From Octopus sinensis (Eukaryota), in assembly GCF_006345805.1 (NCBI RefSeq), contig NW_021833121.1, positions 1 to 64,000 on the forward strand: 64,000 nt of DNA, read 5' to 3'. Under the pieces are notes generated by a model. That model worked only from the letters and a program-made list of their open reading frames with translations. It had not been told where the DNA came from and made no database searches. A program made the position numbers and the translations under genes. The stretch's first letter is position 1, and every line of letters starts with the position of its first letter. Positions 1 through 12,277 of this stretch are shown piece by piece.

Positions 1-791
1 TACTAAGGAAGAAAGACTTGTTACAGATTTTGCTTGTCACTGTTTTATGGGGTCAGTTTTAATTTATAGACTAGTTTATCAAATATTTGTATATCTAAGG
101 CCAAAAGAGCAAGGAGTAATGCTTGTCAGGAAGTGGGCTGAGGGAATCAACAGAAATCATAGTGGGTATAGTCATAAAAAACTATCAAGATTTATTTTGA
201 AGCAGTATCATGAGATTTGGTAAAGGAAATCTGAAATCAAGATTTTAGCTTCCAATTAAAGGGGCAGGCCGCTATTAGACCATTTATAATGAAAAAGGGG
301 AAATCTTATGTGGTACTATAGTTAAAAATTTGAAACATTTTAAACAAAATTGCCATATTTTATAAAGTTAAAATTTAGGGTTATTCAGAAGAATATTAAA
401 ACAAAAGGATGAAAAGATTTTTTTGAATACTTTTGAGTATATACCAAACTTTTACCACATTAGAGGGAGGAAAAGAAGTTATCTCATAATAGCTTAATAT
501 TTATACTTATTATATACTTAAATACGAACTTATCAGATTGTATCTATGAAGAATGATCAATTAGTATATACTGGTATTTAATAAAGGTGTACTGAGGTAA
601 GAGAGCATACTAACTATATATTAATTAAATTATAATCTAAGCAGTTTATTTTAAGTAGTGAATATACCAGTATTGTTTTGTATATGCTCAGTATGAATTT
701 ATAGAGGTACAAAATTAGATTCATTTTATAAATAAATAAAGGCTATTTTAAAATAATAGATAATAAAATAATCAGGTAGGGCAGAACACCA

Positions 792-1700
792 TTTTCTCCT
801 AACCACTCAGTTGAAGTCGACTCTCGGTCACTCGTTGGATCAGTGTCCTCCAGTCAGTTCTATCCTGGGCCGCTTCTTTCAGACTGGCTATGTCCATTCC
901 GGTATCACTCTTGATGGTGTCAAGCAAGCAGGTTCTCGGTTGGATTCTTCCTCTCTTGCCACTGACCATTCCGAGCATGATGTCCTTCTCCAGGGATTTT
1001 CTCCGCATAATATGACCGAAATATGCCAATCTATGCTTGGTGATCCTAGCTTCTAGCAACATTTCCGACCTTATCTGCTTAAGAACTTCTCCATTGGTGA
1101 GCCTCGCTGTCAATGGAATCCGTAAAAGTCTTCTCCAACACCAAAGCTTAAATGCATTAATTCTCTTCTGGTCAGCTTTCTTTAGTGTCCATGTCTCGCA
1201 TCCATATGTTGCTATTGGGAAGACAATTGCATTCACCAATCTGCATTTGGTAGCGAGTCTGATGTCTCTACTCTTCCAGACCCTGCTCATGCTGACCATT
1301 GCCTCTCTGCCTAGTACTATCCGCCGTCTTATTTCTGGAGTGCAGTCACAATCTTGATTTATTTTGGAGCCAAGGAAGATGAAATCATCAACCACTTCAT
1401 TCTCTTCATTATCGATCATGATGCTGATGTTTGTCATGGCTGATGTTGACATGATCTTTGTTTTCTTAACATTGAGGTACAGCCTAAATTTCTCACTCTC
1501 TTTCTTGACCAGCAGGACAAGATCCTCCAGATCCTTACCACTCTCCGCCAGCAGGGTTATATCATCTGCATAGCGAAGGTTATTAATATTTCTTCCTCCA
1601 ATCCTAACTCCAATGCTGCTATCCTCCAGGCCTGCATTCCTCATGACCTTTTCAGTGTACATGTTGAAGGCTGCTGGTGACAGGATGCAACCTTGCCGAT
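792..1700 (-). mobile_element. 5'-truncated RTE-clade LINE, BovB/RTE-1-like, distinct from the other RTEs in the window
   Basis: Uninterrupted frame RQGCILSP...NINNLRYADD...FIFLGS...YGCETWT...WCWRRLLRIP...YFGHIMRR to a stop at 799-801. It begins abruptly in RT domain 4-5 and replaces about 19 bp of the flanking tandem unit. Confidence 0.92.
799..1662 (-). CDS. Reverse transcriptase C-terminal half (RTE/BovB-like LINE), 287-aa open fragment
   Basis: ORF track; YADD catalytic motif and RTE-type thumb motifs. The frame continues about 36 nt upstream of the listed Met, so this is an internal Met of a truncated element. Confidence 0.85.
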   Translation of the reverse strand: MYTEKVMRNAGLEDSSIGVRIGGRNINNLRYADDITLLAESGKDLEDLVLLVKKESEKFRLYLNVKKTKIMSTSAMTNISIMIDNEENEVVDDFIFLGSKINQDCDCTPEIRRRIVLGREAMVSMSRVWKSRDIRLATKCRLVNAIVFPIATYGCETWTLKKADQKRINAFKLWCWRRLLRIPLTARLTNGEVLKQIRSEMLLEARITKHRLAYFGHIMRRKSLEKDIMLGMVSGKRGRIQPRTCLLDTIKSDTGMDIASLKEAAQDRTDWRTLIQRVTESRLQLSG

Positions 1701-2404
1701 ATCTTAATCACTAACAACATGACAAAGTAAATATACCTTATTGACATCATTAGAGAAGGTTTAAAGAAAATGTATAATAATTTAAGTATACTAAACTAAA
1801 ATTAAATCTTTATTTATTAAGCTAGGATCAATAAAGACTGATACCTGGTATTATCTAAAGGAATATTGATGTTATAGGGCATACTAATTCCATACTAAAT
1901 TTTAAAACTAAGAAATATATTATAAGCTTTAGAAGATATTATTCTTACTCCATACATAATATTTATAGTTTCTTAGGGGTACTTAATTTGAAAGGCTACT
2001 TATATAAAGGCCTATATAAATATTAAGATCAGGAGGGCAGAACACTTTAAAATCATTAGGTAGGGTAGAACACCATAGAAAAGTACATAAAATAGCTTAA
2101 TCACTAAAAATAATGATGAAGTATATACACAACTTAGTAACATCAATAGAGAAGATTTATAGAAAATGTATACAATTCAAGTATTTAAAACTAAAAATAG
2201 TTTATTTACTTATTCAGCTTTTATCTCTAAAGACTGTTACCCTGTATTAGCTAAAGTAATAATGTTGTAGGACATGCTCACTATATACTAATTTTGAGCA
2301 AAGAAGTTTCTAATAGGTTTTAAATTTCAAGATCAATAAAGTGCTACTTTCTAAAATATTTAAAGGTACAGGTGACACTATGTACATATGATACCCTAAG
2401 GTCT

Positions 2405-4015
2405 AATCAATTATTAATCAGGTTGCCCTTATCTTTTTGCTTAAAAATTTCATGTTTCCATAGAGAACAGCTCACACCCATATCTGCTATTTCCTTCAAT
2501 TTCCAAATTTTACTGGATAATAACGTACAAATTGCTTTATACTTAAGTTTAAAGGATGACAGGTAGTTGTATAGACGCCGTTTCATATTAATCAAACAAC
2601 TGATATATATAAAATCATTAGTTGTAGTTTTTATTGTACAGTTATATATCACGTTCTGGGTAAGATGTAAGCAGAAAGCGAATTGTACTTTAACATCCTC
2701 TCCAATCTGCATATCTAACCTCTCTTCCACTGAGGAAATTTTCAATAATCACGCACCATATTACACACAAGCACTTGCTGCTAGTGGCATTTTCCAACAA
2801 ATAGAATACATCCATAACACCAAGCTCAAACAATATATATTTCAAATCACATCTCAAACACCCACCAACCATCATAACGACCAACCACACACACTCATTG
2901 ATGGAACCCAGGAAGGTCTTACACCAAGGCAACCTAGATCCCACATACATACATTTAACACTAGGTCAAAAACTAAAACAACTAAAACAGCTAATAACAA
3001 AAGGCTTCACTGCCCACATACATTCTACAAAAGTATAGATAGCACTTCTTTATCTAAAAACTTTGATAGCACTACATCCAGACACTCTAAAATAAGTGGC
3101 AGATGCGCCATTCTGTGGTACATACCCCCATTCTCACTTAACTTTAAGAACTTAGCTGAATCCTTCTTTAAAATACTAGACTCTAACTTCCTTCAGAAAC
3201 ATAAATATCATTCTATCTTTATTAGATCCACTCTGAAACTATCTTATTCTGCCCCACCCAATTTTGAATCTATTGTAGCAGCCTCTAATAAGCACTTTAC
3301 TATCAAAACTCACATAATTACAACTCTAGTCATAAGAACACTCAACATATACACAGCTCCAGCACAGATGCCCTTACATTAGACCACAACCACAACCCAA
3401 CCCATCCTACTGACACTGCCCAGAACACCACCACAATTTCTACCACTCTTACAAATAGTACAATTAATAACAACAATAGTAATAATAACAATGACATTAA
3501 TGATAATGTTAATAATACTAATAATCTAGAATCTTCGACCCCCTTCTCTAACCTCTCCTCTGATAATATTACCTCCTCCATTCCTGAACACATTCCCCAA
3601 AATTCACTTAATTGTACCTGCCATCCTGGAATCATCTGCCTGTTACAAACCCATTGCAGAAGATATAATGTAATTTATAAATGCACTGTCCTTAATATAT
3701 TACACAACTCTACAGCCATATACATAGGATCAACCCAAAATTTTAAGCAGCGATATGCCGCTCACCTCCATTCTTTTAGATATGATAAACATAGTAAATC
3801 TACAGCACTCGCCAACCATATACATCATCTCAAAAATACAAATATACCCTACTGGATTTAGGGCATCCCTACAGAGGTCAACGCTCAACCAGCTAGCTTT
3901 GCCTGAAGGAGGCACTTCACATATTAAAGCACAACTATCCAACACTGCTAAATAAACATAATGAGGCACTAAGCACATGCAACCACCACTTTTTTCACAC
4001 ATTCAAATTCTTCCA
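2405..4015 (+). mobile_element. Decayed Penelope-like element (RT thumb, linker, GIY-YIG endonuclease)
   Basis: ISNLSSTEEIFNNHAPYYTQALAASG, then WYIPPFSLNF...HKYHSIFIRSTLKLSYS (Penelope linker), then CTCHPGIICLLQTHCRRYNVIYKCTV and IYIGSTQNFKQRYAAHLHSF...STALANHI (GIY-YIG motifs). Contains stops and frameshifts. Confidence 0.85.
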
Positions 4016-4924
4016 CAAATCCAAATGCCTAAATGACCATACAGCATATTTCCACAGTACCCCTTAGGTAATCCCAATAACCTTATAAATGTGTGTATGT
4101 ATATATGTATGCAAGGTATATATACCTGCGTGTATAGGGGCGATAATACTTACAATTACATGTATGTATGGGTCTACATATACATATGAGTACGTGTTGT
4201 ATGTGTAGGTGTTGATATGTATAAATATCTATATTAATATATGCATGTGTATACCTGTTTATATATATATATTCTTCTACTACTAAGCATAGACCAGTCC
4301 TCTAACCAACCTAACCTATATTCTCAAATTCTTCATTCCACCAATTTACTACTCTTACCCCCCTCTCTCAGCCCCTCACTTAGGCTCTATCACTACCTTC
4401 CTGACAATCCTTTACTCTTTACACTCCCATACCTATCTCTCTCTATCACCAATCAACCCCCTTTCCTTCTATCTGACACTCTTTACTCTTTACCCTATCA
4501 TCTTTTTACACTCTCATATCTTTCTCTCTCTATCACCCCACCTCCCTATTCCTACTATCAATTTATCTTGACTGACCACTAACCAGTATATTTTCCCCTC
4601 TTCATCTCTTTATTATCTCTCTCCCCACTTTTTTTCCTTTTTCATTTCTTTGTTCCTATCCTCCTGGTTTTGATTTGATGTTACAAATACATTACCAACT
4701 TTTAAGTCACTTTAAATAAAACCCTCAATTTAATAACAATGTGTACAAACTCTATACTTGGAGTGACCAACTTTAAATATTATTGGAACTTACTCACAAG
4801 GTACTGGACTCTTATATGTATACCATTCTGCCCAAATAATGGATCTACAGATGCAACATCCCTACATATCTCATGTCTATTTTCATTCCTCCACTCTTTG
4901 TTTCATATCTATTGCTTAACCATT

Positions 4925-7826
4925 TTCTTACACTGTCTTGCAGTGTTTCTACAGCTGGATGCCCTTCCTTATGCCAACAAGTCAGAGCATAGTGGGTGCT
5001 TTTTATGTACCACTGGCACAGGAGCCAGAGGAGCTGGCGTTGATCACAATTGGATGATGCTTTTTACATGCCACCAGTACAGAATTCAGTCAAAGCGGCA
5101 CTGGCATTGTCCACGTCCGGATGGTGCTTTTTACATGCTACCAGCAAGGGGTTTACAACTACAATTTCCATTTGATCTAATTTTGATATTGCTGTTGATG
5201 TTTATGTACTTGACTCAATAGATCTCCTCAAGCATGGCATGTCACCCTACGATCCAAAGTACTTTTGAGTGGGCTGGTTATGCGACACTGGTGTAGGTTA
5301 CAGCTGTGGACTCATTTTATTTGCTGGGTCTTCTCAGTTACAGCATACCTCCAAAGGTCTTGGTCTTTTGTCACTGCCTCTGTGAGGCCCAATGTTCAAA
5401 CGTCATACTTCGCCACCTCATCTCATATCTTCCTGGGTCTACCTCTACCCCGGATTCCTTCCACTGTTTGGGAGTGGCACTTCTTCACGCAGCTCTCCTT
5501 GTCCATCTGTAGTACATGACCATACCAATGCAAACGTCTCTCTTGCATGCCATATCCAATACTTCTTATGTCTAACATATCTCTCAGGGAGCTTACACAC
5601 TGTTATGTGTTCACACTGGCATTACACATCCAGTGGATCATGGTAGCTTCATTTCTTTCAAGCCTACACATGTCTTCAGCAGCCATGAAGTATGGCAGTT
5701 CGCACACATGCATCATACAATCTACCTTTCACTCTGAGTGAGAGACCCTTTGTCACCAGTAGGGGTAGAAGCTTTCTGAACTTTGCCCAGGCTATTCTTA
5801 TTCTAGTGGCAACACTCTCTGAGCATCCACTCCCCACTACAGACTTGGTCACCTAGATAGTAGAAGCTATCAACTACTTCTAGTTTCTTCCCCTGGCATG
5901 TGATGGAATCTGATTTCTGAGCATCTGTGGTGTTGATTGCCCCTGTGCATCTGCTGCATGTGAAAGCTATCTTCCTGGTTAATCTCCCTTTCATGTTGCT
6001 GCACCGCATATGTGTCCATAGCTTAAACTGGGTACATCTTATGGGGTTTCTACCTAGACCTTTTCTATAGATCGAACAGGGCCACCTACCTGAAGGGGTG
6101 TGTGATGTGTTTGTTTTCCTTACTTACTAGAACTTTGGTCTTTGCAATGTTGACTCTAAGGCCCTTTGATTCTAAACCTTGCTTCCACACTTGAAGTTTC
6201 TTCTCTAATTCTGGTAGTGATTCTGCTATGAGGGCCAGGTCATCAGCATAGAGGAGTTCTCAGGGGCAACCTGTCTTGGATTCCTCTGTTATTGCCTGGA
6301 GGACGAGGATGAATAAGAGGGAGCTGAGGGCTGATTCTTGGTGAGCCCCCACTTCTAAACAGAATTCTTCACTATACTCATTTCCAATCCTAACCCTACT
6401 AACGGCATCTTTGTATAGGGCCTGTACATCCCTTAATAACCATTTGTCAATCCCCAGTTTCCACACTGCCCACCATATAAGGGATTGGGGGACCCTGTCA
6501 AAGGCTTTCTGCAAGTTCACAAAAGCCAAATATATCTTGGCTAGGTACTTCTCCTGCAGTTGCTGTACCTTGCTTCCACACTTGATGTTTCTTCTCTAGT
6601 TCTGGTAGTGATTCTGCTATCAGGACCAGGTCATCAGCATAGAGCAGTTCCCAGGGCAATCTGTCTTGAATTCCTCTGTTATTGTCTGGAGGACTATGAT
6701 GAATAAGAGGGGGATGAGGGCTGATCCTTGGTGGACCCCCACTTCTACTCGGAATTCTTCACTATACTCATTTCCAATACTAACCCTACTCTGTATAGGG
6801 CCTGTATACCCCTTATTAACCATTTGTCAATCCCCAGTTTCCCCTTTGCCCACCAGATAAGGGATTGGGGGATCCTGTCAAAGACTTTCTCCAAGTCCAC
6901 AAAAGCCAAATATATCTTGGATAGGTACTTCTCCTGCAGTTGCCATACCAGGAATATAGCATCAGTGGTGCTGCTTAGTTGGGTTATGACACTCACCGTG
7001 ACCTTCATCACCTGATCCAGCAGTTTGATACGTCTGTAGTTATTTCTATCTAAAGCATCACCTTTACCTTTGTAGCAATTGACTATGATGCTGCTGTGCC
7101 AGTTATTAGGTATAACTCCATCATGAACCACCTGGTTTACAATACGGGTGACTAGGCCATAGCCTACACCACCAGACGTTTTAAGCATCTCAGTGGTGAT
7201 TCCTGATCAGTCGGGGGCTTTTCCTAGCTTCATATCCTTAATTGCTTTATCTACTAGGGTGCTGTCTATTCAGATAGCTGGTCCCTCTGTTGGATCAACA
7301 TTTAGCAGGCTCTCTTCCTCCCATTCATTCTCTACATTCAGCAGTTTTTCATAATGGCTCCTCCAAGCCTCTTTCTTTTCTGAATCATTAACAGCAAGTG
7401 CACCATCATCCATGCAGATACATTTCTGTCTTGTGACATCACAATTTTCCCTTACATACTGTCTTACAATCTGGAATACCTCAGTTCTTTGGTCGTCACG
7501 TCACTGGACATTGGAAAACTTCTTTTCTGCTTCGCCCTTGGCTATGTATACCTGGTACCCAGCTTCCCTTTTGGCTATTTGGTATGGTTCCCTGCAACCC
7601 ACACCCTTCCAGGCTTTCCAGGCCTGTTTCTTTGCCCTGATGGCTTTGTCTACTGTATTATTTCCCCACCACAAAACTCTAGGTCTGGATGGGACTTTGC
7701 ACCATCCTCAAACTTGGTCTGAGGCACTCAGTAAGCTGTCCCATAAGAATTTCCAGCTACCTTCTATGTTTGAGGACTGTAGTTCCTCCTCCCTCTCCTT
7801 AAACTTCTTAATGAGGATGTCTCTAG
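4925..7826 (-). mobile_element. RTE LINE (dominant family), 5'-truncated and decayed, with an internal duplication of about 390 bp
   Basis: Fragments MAFVNLQKAFDRVPQSLIWW, GDALDRNNYRRIKLLDQVMK, STTDAIFL, and Cys-rich FTCSRCTG; family 3' UTR at 4925-5330. Confidence 0.9.
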
Positions 7827-7859
7827 GTGAGATATATATATGTATATGTAAGTATTATA

Positions 7860-7985
7860 TATCATCATTATCAACATCAACATTTAACATCTGTCTCCCA
7901 TGTGTGCGATGGTTTGACAGGAGCTGGTAAGCCAGAGGACTGCACCAACCTCCATTGTCTGCTTTGGCATGGTTATTGCATGTGG
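7860..7985 (-). mobile_element. Short RTE 3'-end fragment with decayed (GAT)n tail
   Basis: ATCATCATTATCAACATC..TTTAACATCTGTCT..CATG..TTTGACAGG matches the reverse complement of the family 3' end. Confidence 0.7.
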
Positions 7986-8159
7986 ATGACCTACCTAATA
8001 CACCTTCTCCTTGACTTATGACAATCTGCACTTATAACCACAAAAAATAAATAAAATATAAAATCAATTTTTGGACTTTGGGCAGTTGTGCATACAATAA
8101 CTATGGCAGCATCTGGTAATACAGGTCTCCCTCAAACCCAGGCATCCACTGCCTGCCAC

Positions 8160-8753
8160 TGTCTCTCACTCAGTTGCAGAGATTGGATTGGAAGCACACA
8201 GAGCAGCAGAAGAAAAAGTGAGAAAGAAGAAGATGAACCAGAAAAGAAATTCACAGTGAAGTGTCTATTGATTCGTTTTCGCAATTGAATAAAACTCTTA
8301 CCAGTTTCAAAGCAATGGATCCTAATGTCAACCGCTTTGCAAAGGTTGAATGTATCATTCAAGATACTTTGTATTGTTATCATAAGATATGAAAGGAAAA
8401 AAAAACTACTCCAACAAAGCTCACCATGTTCCTCAAAAAACCCTCTGTCTCAACCCAAGAACCTGACTGTGAAGATTAATATTGTATTTTCAATTGCACT
8501 TTTTTCACAGGAACAATTTTTTTATTGTATGTATGTGAAATTTCATTTATTTTAATTTTTACATTAATTTTAGATTGTATTTTTGTTTACAGTGCAATAA
8601 GGTATTTATGTATTTTTTACATTATATATAATAATTATAGATGAAATTTTTGTGTTTTATATTTTTGTAATGAAAATACTGCTGAAAAATATAAATTCAC
8701 CATACAACCTGTCAGTCGGAATGGGACACATTCGTAAGTCGAGAAGAAAGTGT
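8160..8753 (+). mobile_element. Tigger/pogo DNA transposon 3' fragment with terminal inverted repeat
   Basis: LEAHRAAEEK..EPEKKFTVK...MDPNVNRFAKVE..IQD..CY..IYE.KK..TKLTMFLKK resembles the Tigger transposase C-terminus; ends TTCGTAAGTCGAGAAGAAAGTG followed by TA. Confidence 0.75.
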
Positions 8754-11700
8754 ATATGCGTGTGTGAGTCTATCTGTGTGTATATATAAATATGAGTGTT
8801 ATTTATTTATACATGTAGGAGTATCAAGGAAATAAAACAAGTTGAAAATACAGTGAGTGGCCATAAGAGATGCATTTACCCAGAATATAAACAGTACCTA
8901 CTAGTTACCTTATGCCAACCAACACATATCAAACCAAATATACCATTTAACCTTGCTAGAACTTCACTCTCTTGTTTCCAATCTTGAAGTACAGTATAAA
9001 AAGCTCCAACAATTAAAACAGGCAGTACTTGAAAGACAATACCTGTCTAAGATAACAGGGAATTGAATAGAACATGTCAAAGCAATAGACATTGAAGATA
9101 CACCCAAAACTCTACCTTTTATAACAATTATTACATCACAGACCACAAGAAACACTAAGACATTTAACGTTAAAAAGGCAAAAAACTATATACCAGTTCA
9201 GAACTACTTCCTATAAACAGTTGAAAAGTATGGTTCTAAATTCATAACTTGTACTAAACTTATTGAAGATACATAACATAAATTAAAATCAGCATATCTT
9301 TTTATTGTGAAAACAACTTCACTTGCTCATCAAATAATTTAACATATATCATCATATGTAATATATGCAGTGAAGATTACATTGGAAAAACCAAACTGAC
9401 TTTGAAAATGAGATTAATGATACACTAAGATTAATAATACAAATTTGAGATCCCAGGACTAGATACATCTCAAACAGTGAACAGTTGGACCTATATGCAA
9501 CAATGAAATCCCACAAATTCCTAGTCTTTCCACTTTATCACTGTGCAGGTGATACCACAAAACAAACACAAATAAGTAAAGAAAATACTTTTATTTAAAA
9601 ATTCAAACCATAGTTGAGTAGGCTACAAAAACATCAAAAATATACAATTTGCCACTCACTATAAATGCTTTTCATTTTTATATGAAGATCCCTGCTGATG
9701 GAAGTGAATATGGTCTTGTTTCTGTTAAGGACATTGCTGATGTAGGTATCACTTAGTATTCAAGCCAACATTACAAAGTCATCAATAAATGCTGATATCC
9801 AAGTTACACAGCCTATCCACTTCAACTTCCAATGAGTTTATTGTATTTACCTTTTTTATAGTTCTCTATCACCATTCAAATATTTTTCTTAAACATTACT
9901 GCATTTAAAATAAACTTCACCTCCTTATAAACTTCTGCCTCTCTTTTTAGGCAAGTTAGGCTACTGTCTTATTATAAGAATTGTCCACATTTTCAAGATT
10001 ATACAAAGAACAAATGAGACACTAATACTTCACCTTAGATAATTAAGATAATAACTACTCATACAGCAACTAGACACAGCCCAAAATTCAGGTGTAACTT
10101 TTATTAAGCATAGCTATTGTTCTGATTGTCACATGACATATCTACTGCATTTAACTTTTGAAGTGGCGTTTACATATGGTCATCACATGACATTAATGTA
10201 TAAATGTAGCAGAGAATTTACCACAGAAATCCCTTACCTCACTATGAGACCATTCTCATCCAATCAATCTGTACATTAACTGGTAGTGATCTGAGTCTCA
10301 CTCTCTCTATAAAAACACATTTTAGAACAACAGCTAGAGGCAATACTGTAGCTGAACCAGCTCTATGTCCCTCAAATCTTATAATTTTGAAAATCATACA
10401 AATGTGGAAACTGTTAAGTGCATTAATATTAATATATCTTTCTATACACTCTCAATGCATTTTTAACATTTTTTTAATTTCCTTTATATAACTACTACTA
10501 CTTATATGGATTAATAACTATTTTTTCTATACATATTCCCCACACAAGGAATGAAAATGTCATCAAAAACCAACCGAAACAAAAATAGACAGAGCAAAGA
10601 TATTCTTAAATAACTGCAAAAGATATCTTCTAAACTTTCAATCCTGACTAAAAATATTGATCAATTTCAGAACTGTACCAAAGGAAACTGGGCAATAGGA
10701 GTGAACACCTAACAAGTGTAATATGTAGTACCTCTGAGTTGTAATGTATTAGCAATATGGGTAGGGATTCCTTTCTTCAACTTGTATATAGATAATAACG
10801 GATGCTGAACAGTCTGTAATCAAAAACTTCTACTGCGTAAGAATATATGAAATTTTTTATAACAAAAATAATTGCTAAATTGCTAGAGCCTCTTTCTCAA
10901 TTTGGCTGAAATTTTTTCTGCTGGTATCAGAGAAAGTGAGGCATGACCCACAGTCTTCATGTTACTATATATTTATGTAGCATTATTGCCTCTGATACCA
11001 TACTCAGAGGCATTTGAAGCTACAACTATCTCTGATACAGGATCGAAATGTACTAACAACAAATCAGATGTTAATATTTTCTTCATTTTGTTGAATGCCT
11101 TCTGACAATTTTCAGACCAATTCCACTTTTACATCTTTTTTTAGTAGATTATTTAGTGGAGCTCTTACCTTATATATCTTTGGTATATCACTTTGATGAT
11201 AGTTTTCAAGTTCAGAAAAAGGTTTTAAGTAGATATAGTTGTCAAAGAGGGCATATTTTTAAATGCATCTGCTTTTGATGGATCTGGTTGATGACCATCT
11301 TTATCAATAATTTGCCCTAAACATTTGATTTTCGGTAGGAATTCACACTTGTCCTCACTCAAAGTGAAGCTGTAATCCCTTATTTTTTCCAACACATACT
11401 TTATGTGCTCTACATACAGGTCCCAAGGTTCACTTTTAATTACTATATTGTCCAGGCAGGTCATCACAAAGTTGCACTCTGCAAGCTTCGTATCCATCTC
11501 TAGTTGGAATATAGTTGGAGCAACTTTTATGTCAGAAGGAAATCCATTAAATTAATATAATCCCTTATGAGTGTTTATTGTTAATACTTTTGAACACTCC
11601 TAATCCACTTGTATCTGTAGGTATGCTTTGAAAAAACTTTCCCATCATTTGACTTAGCAAAAATTCCTTCTGGACCTGGTAACAATTAATTATGAGTGAT

Positions 11701-12277
11701 CAAACACTTGTTTAACCCTGTTGAAAAATTAACACATACGTGGATTTTGCTTTCTTTTCTTTGACGTAAACTGTTGGTGATGCCCATTCAGCATGATCAA
11801 TTTTTCCAATAATCTCAAGCTTTTCAAGTCTATTCAATTCCCCATCAACTTATTTCAATGCTGTGAAAGGTACAGTTTGTTTTGGTTTAAATACCGGAAT
11901 AATGTCTTCTTTTACTTGAAACTTCACCTTTCTTTTGGTGCAAAGACCTAATTCATCAGGAAAAAACTTCAGGAAAAATCATTTTTAATTTTTATTTTAA
12001 TTCCTCTGACACCTGATTTGTACTGGTGGAAAGACCATTCACATTTTTCAGGAAAAATATATGGAAAGGTCCCATAAGTTAAATAATTCCATTCAGTCTG
12101 TTCCAAATAAATTTGTCCTATTATTTAGTAGAAAAACTTTCAAGGTTTTTCCATGAAATGTAATATCACTTATCATTTCACCCTTGAAATGTAATTTTTT
12201 TTACTGAAACACCACATGCAATTTTTGAAGTTTCTTTCAATTTAGGTTTCCCAATTTTCTCCCTGTATCTGTATTAA

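Larger units (their letters stand above)
480..2400. repeat. Degenerate tandem repeat, about 393-bp unit (two clear copies plus a partial third), interrupted by the RTE at 792-1700
   Basis: Markers recur at one period once the insertion is removed: GGTAGGG(C/T)AGAACACCAT at about 775 and 2059; CTTAATCACTAA at 1703 and 2096; CTGGTATT..TAAAGG..GCATACTAA-like at 571, 1845 and about 2241. Confidence 0.6.

Noticed and set aside
180-300. Faint resemblance to a Gypsy RT (LKQYHEI..GR.RY..PF)
   Set aside because: Needs several frameshifts and substitutions to see; not supportable by eye.
8905-9040. Possible transmembrane exon for the Ig gene on the minus strand (IVFQVLPVLIVGAFYTVL..., phase-1 AG and GTAACT donor)
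   Set aside because: The plus strand here is A-rich, which yields hydrophobic antisense peptides by chance; the acceptor is weak and no basic stop-transfer residues follow the hydrophobic stretch.
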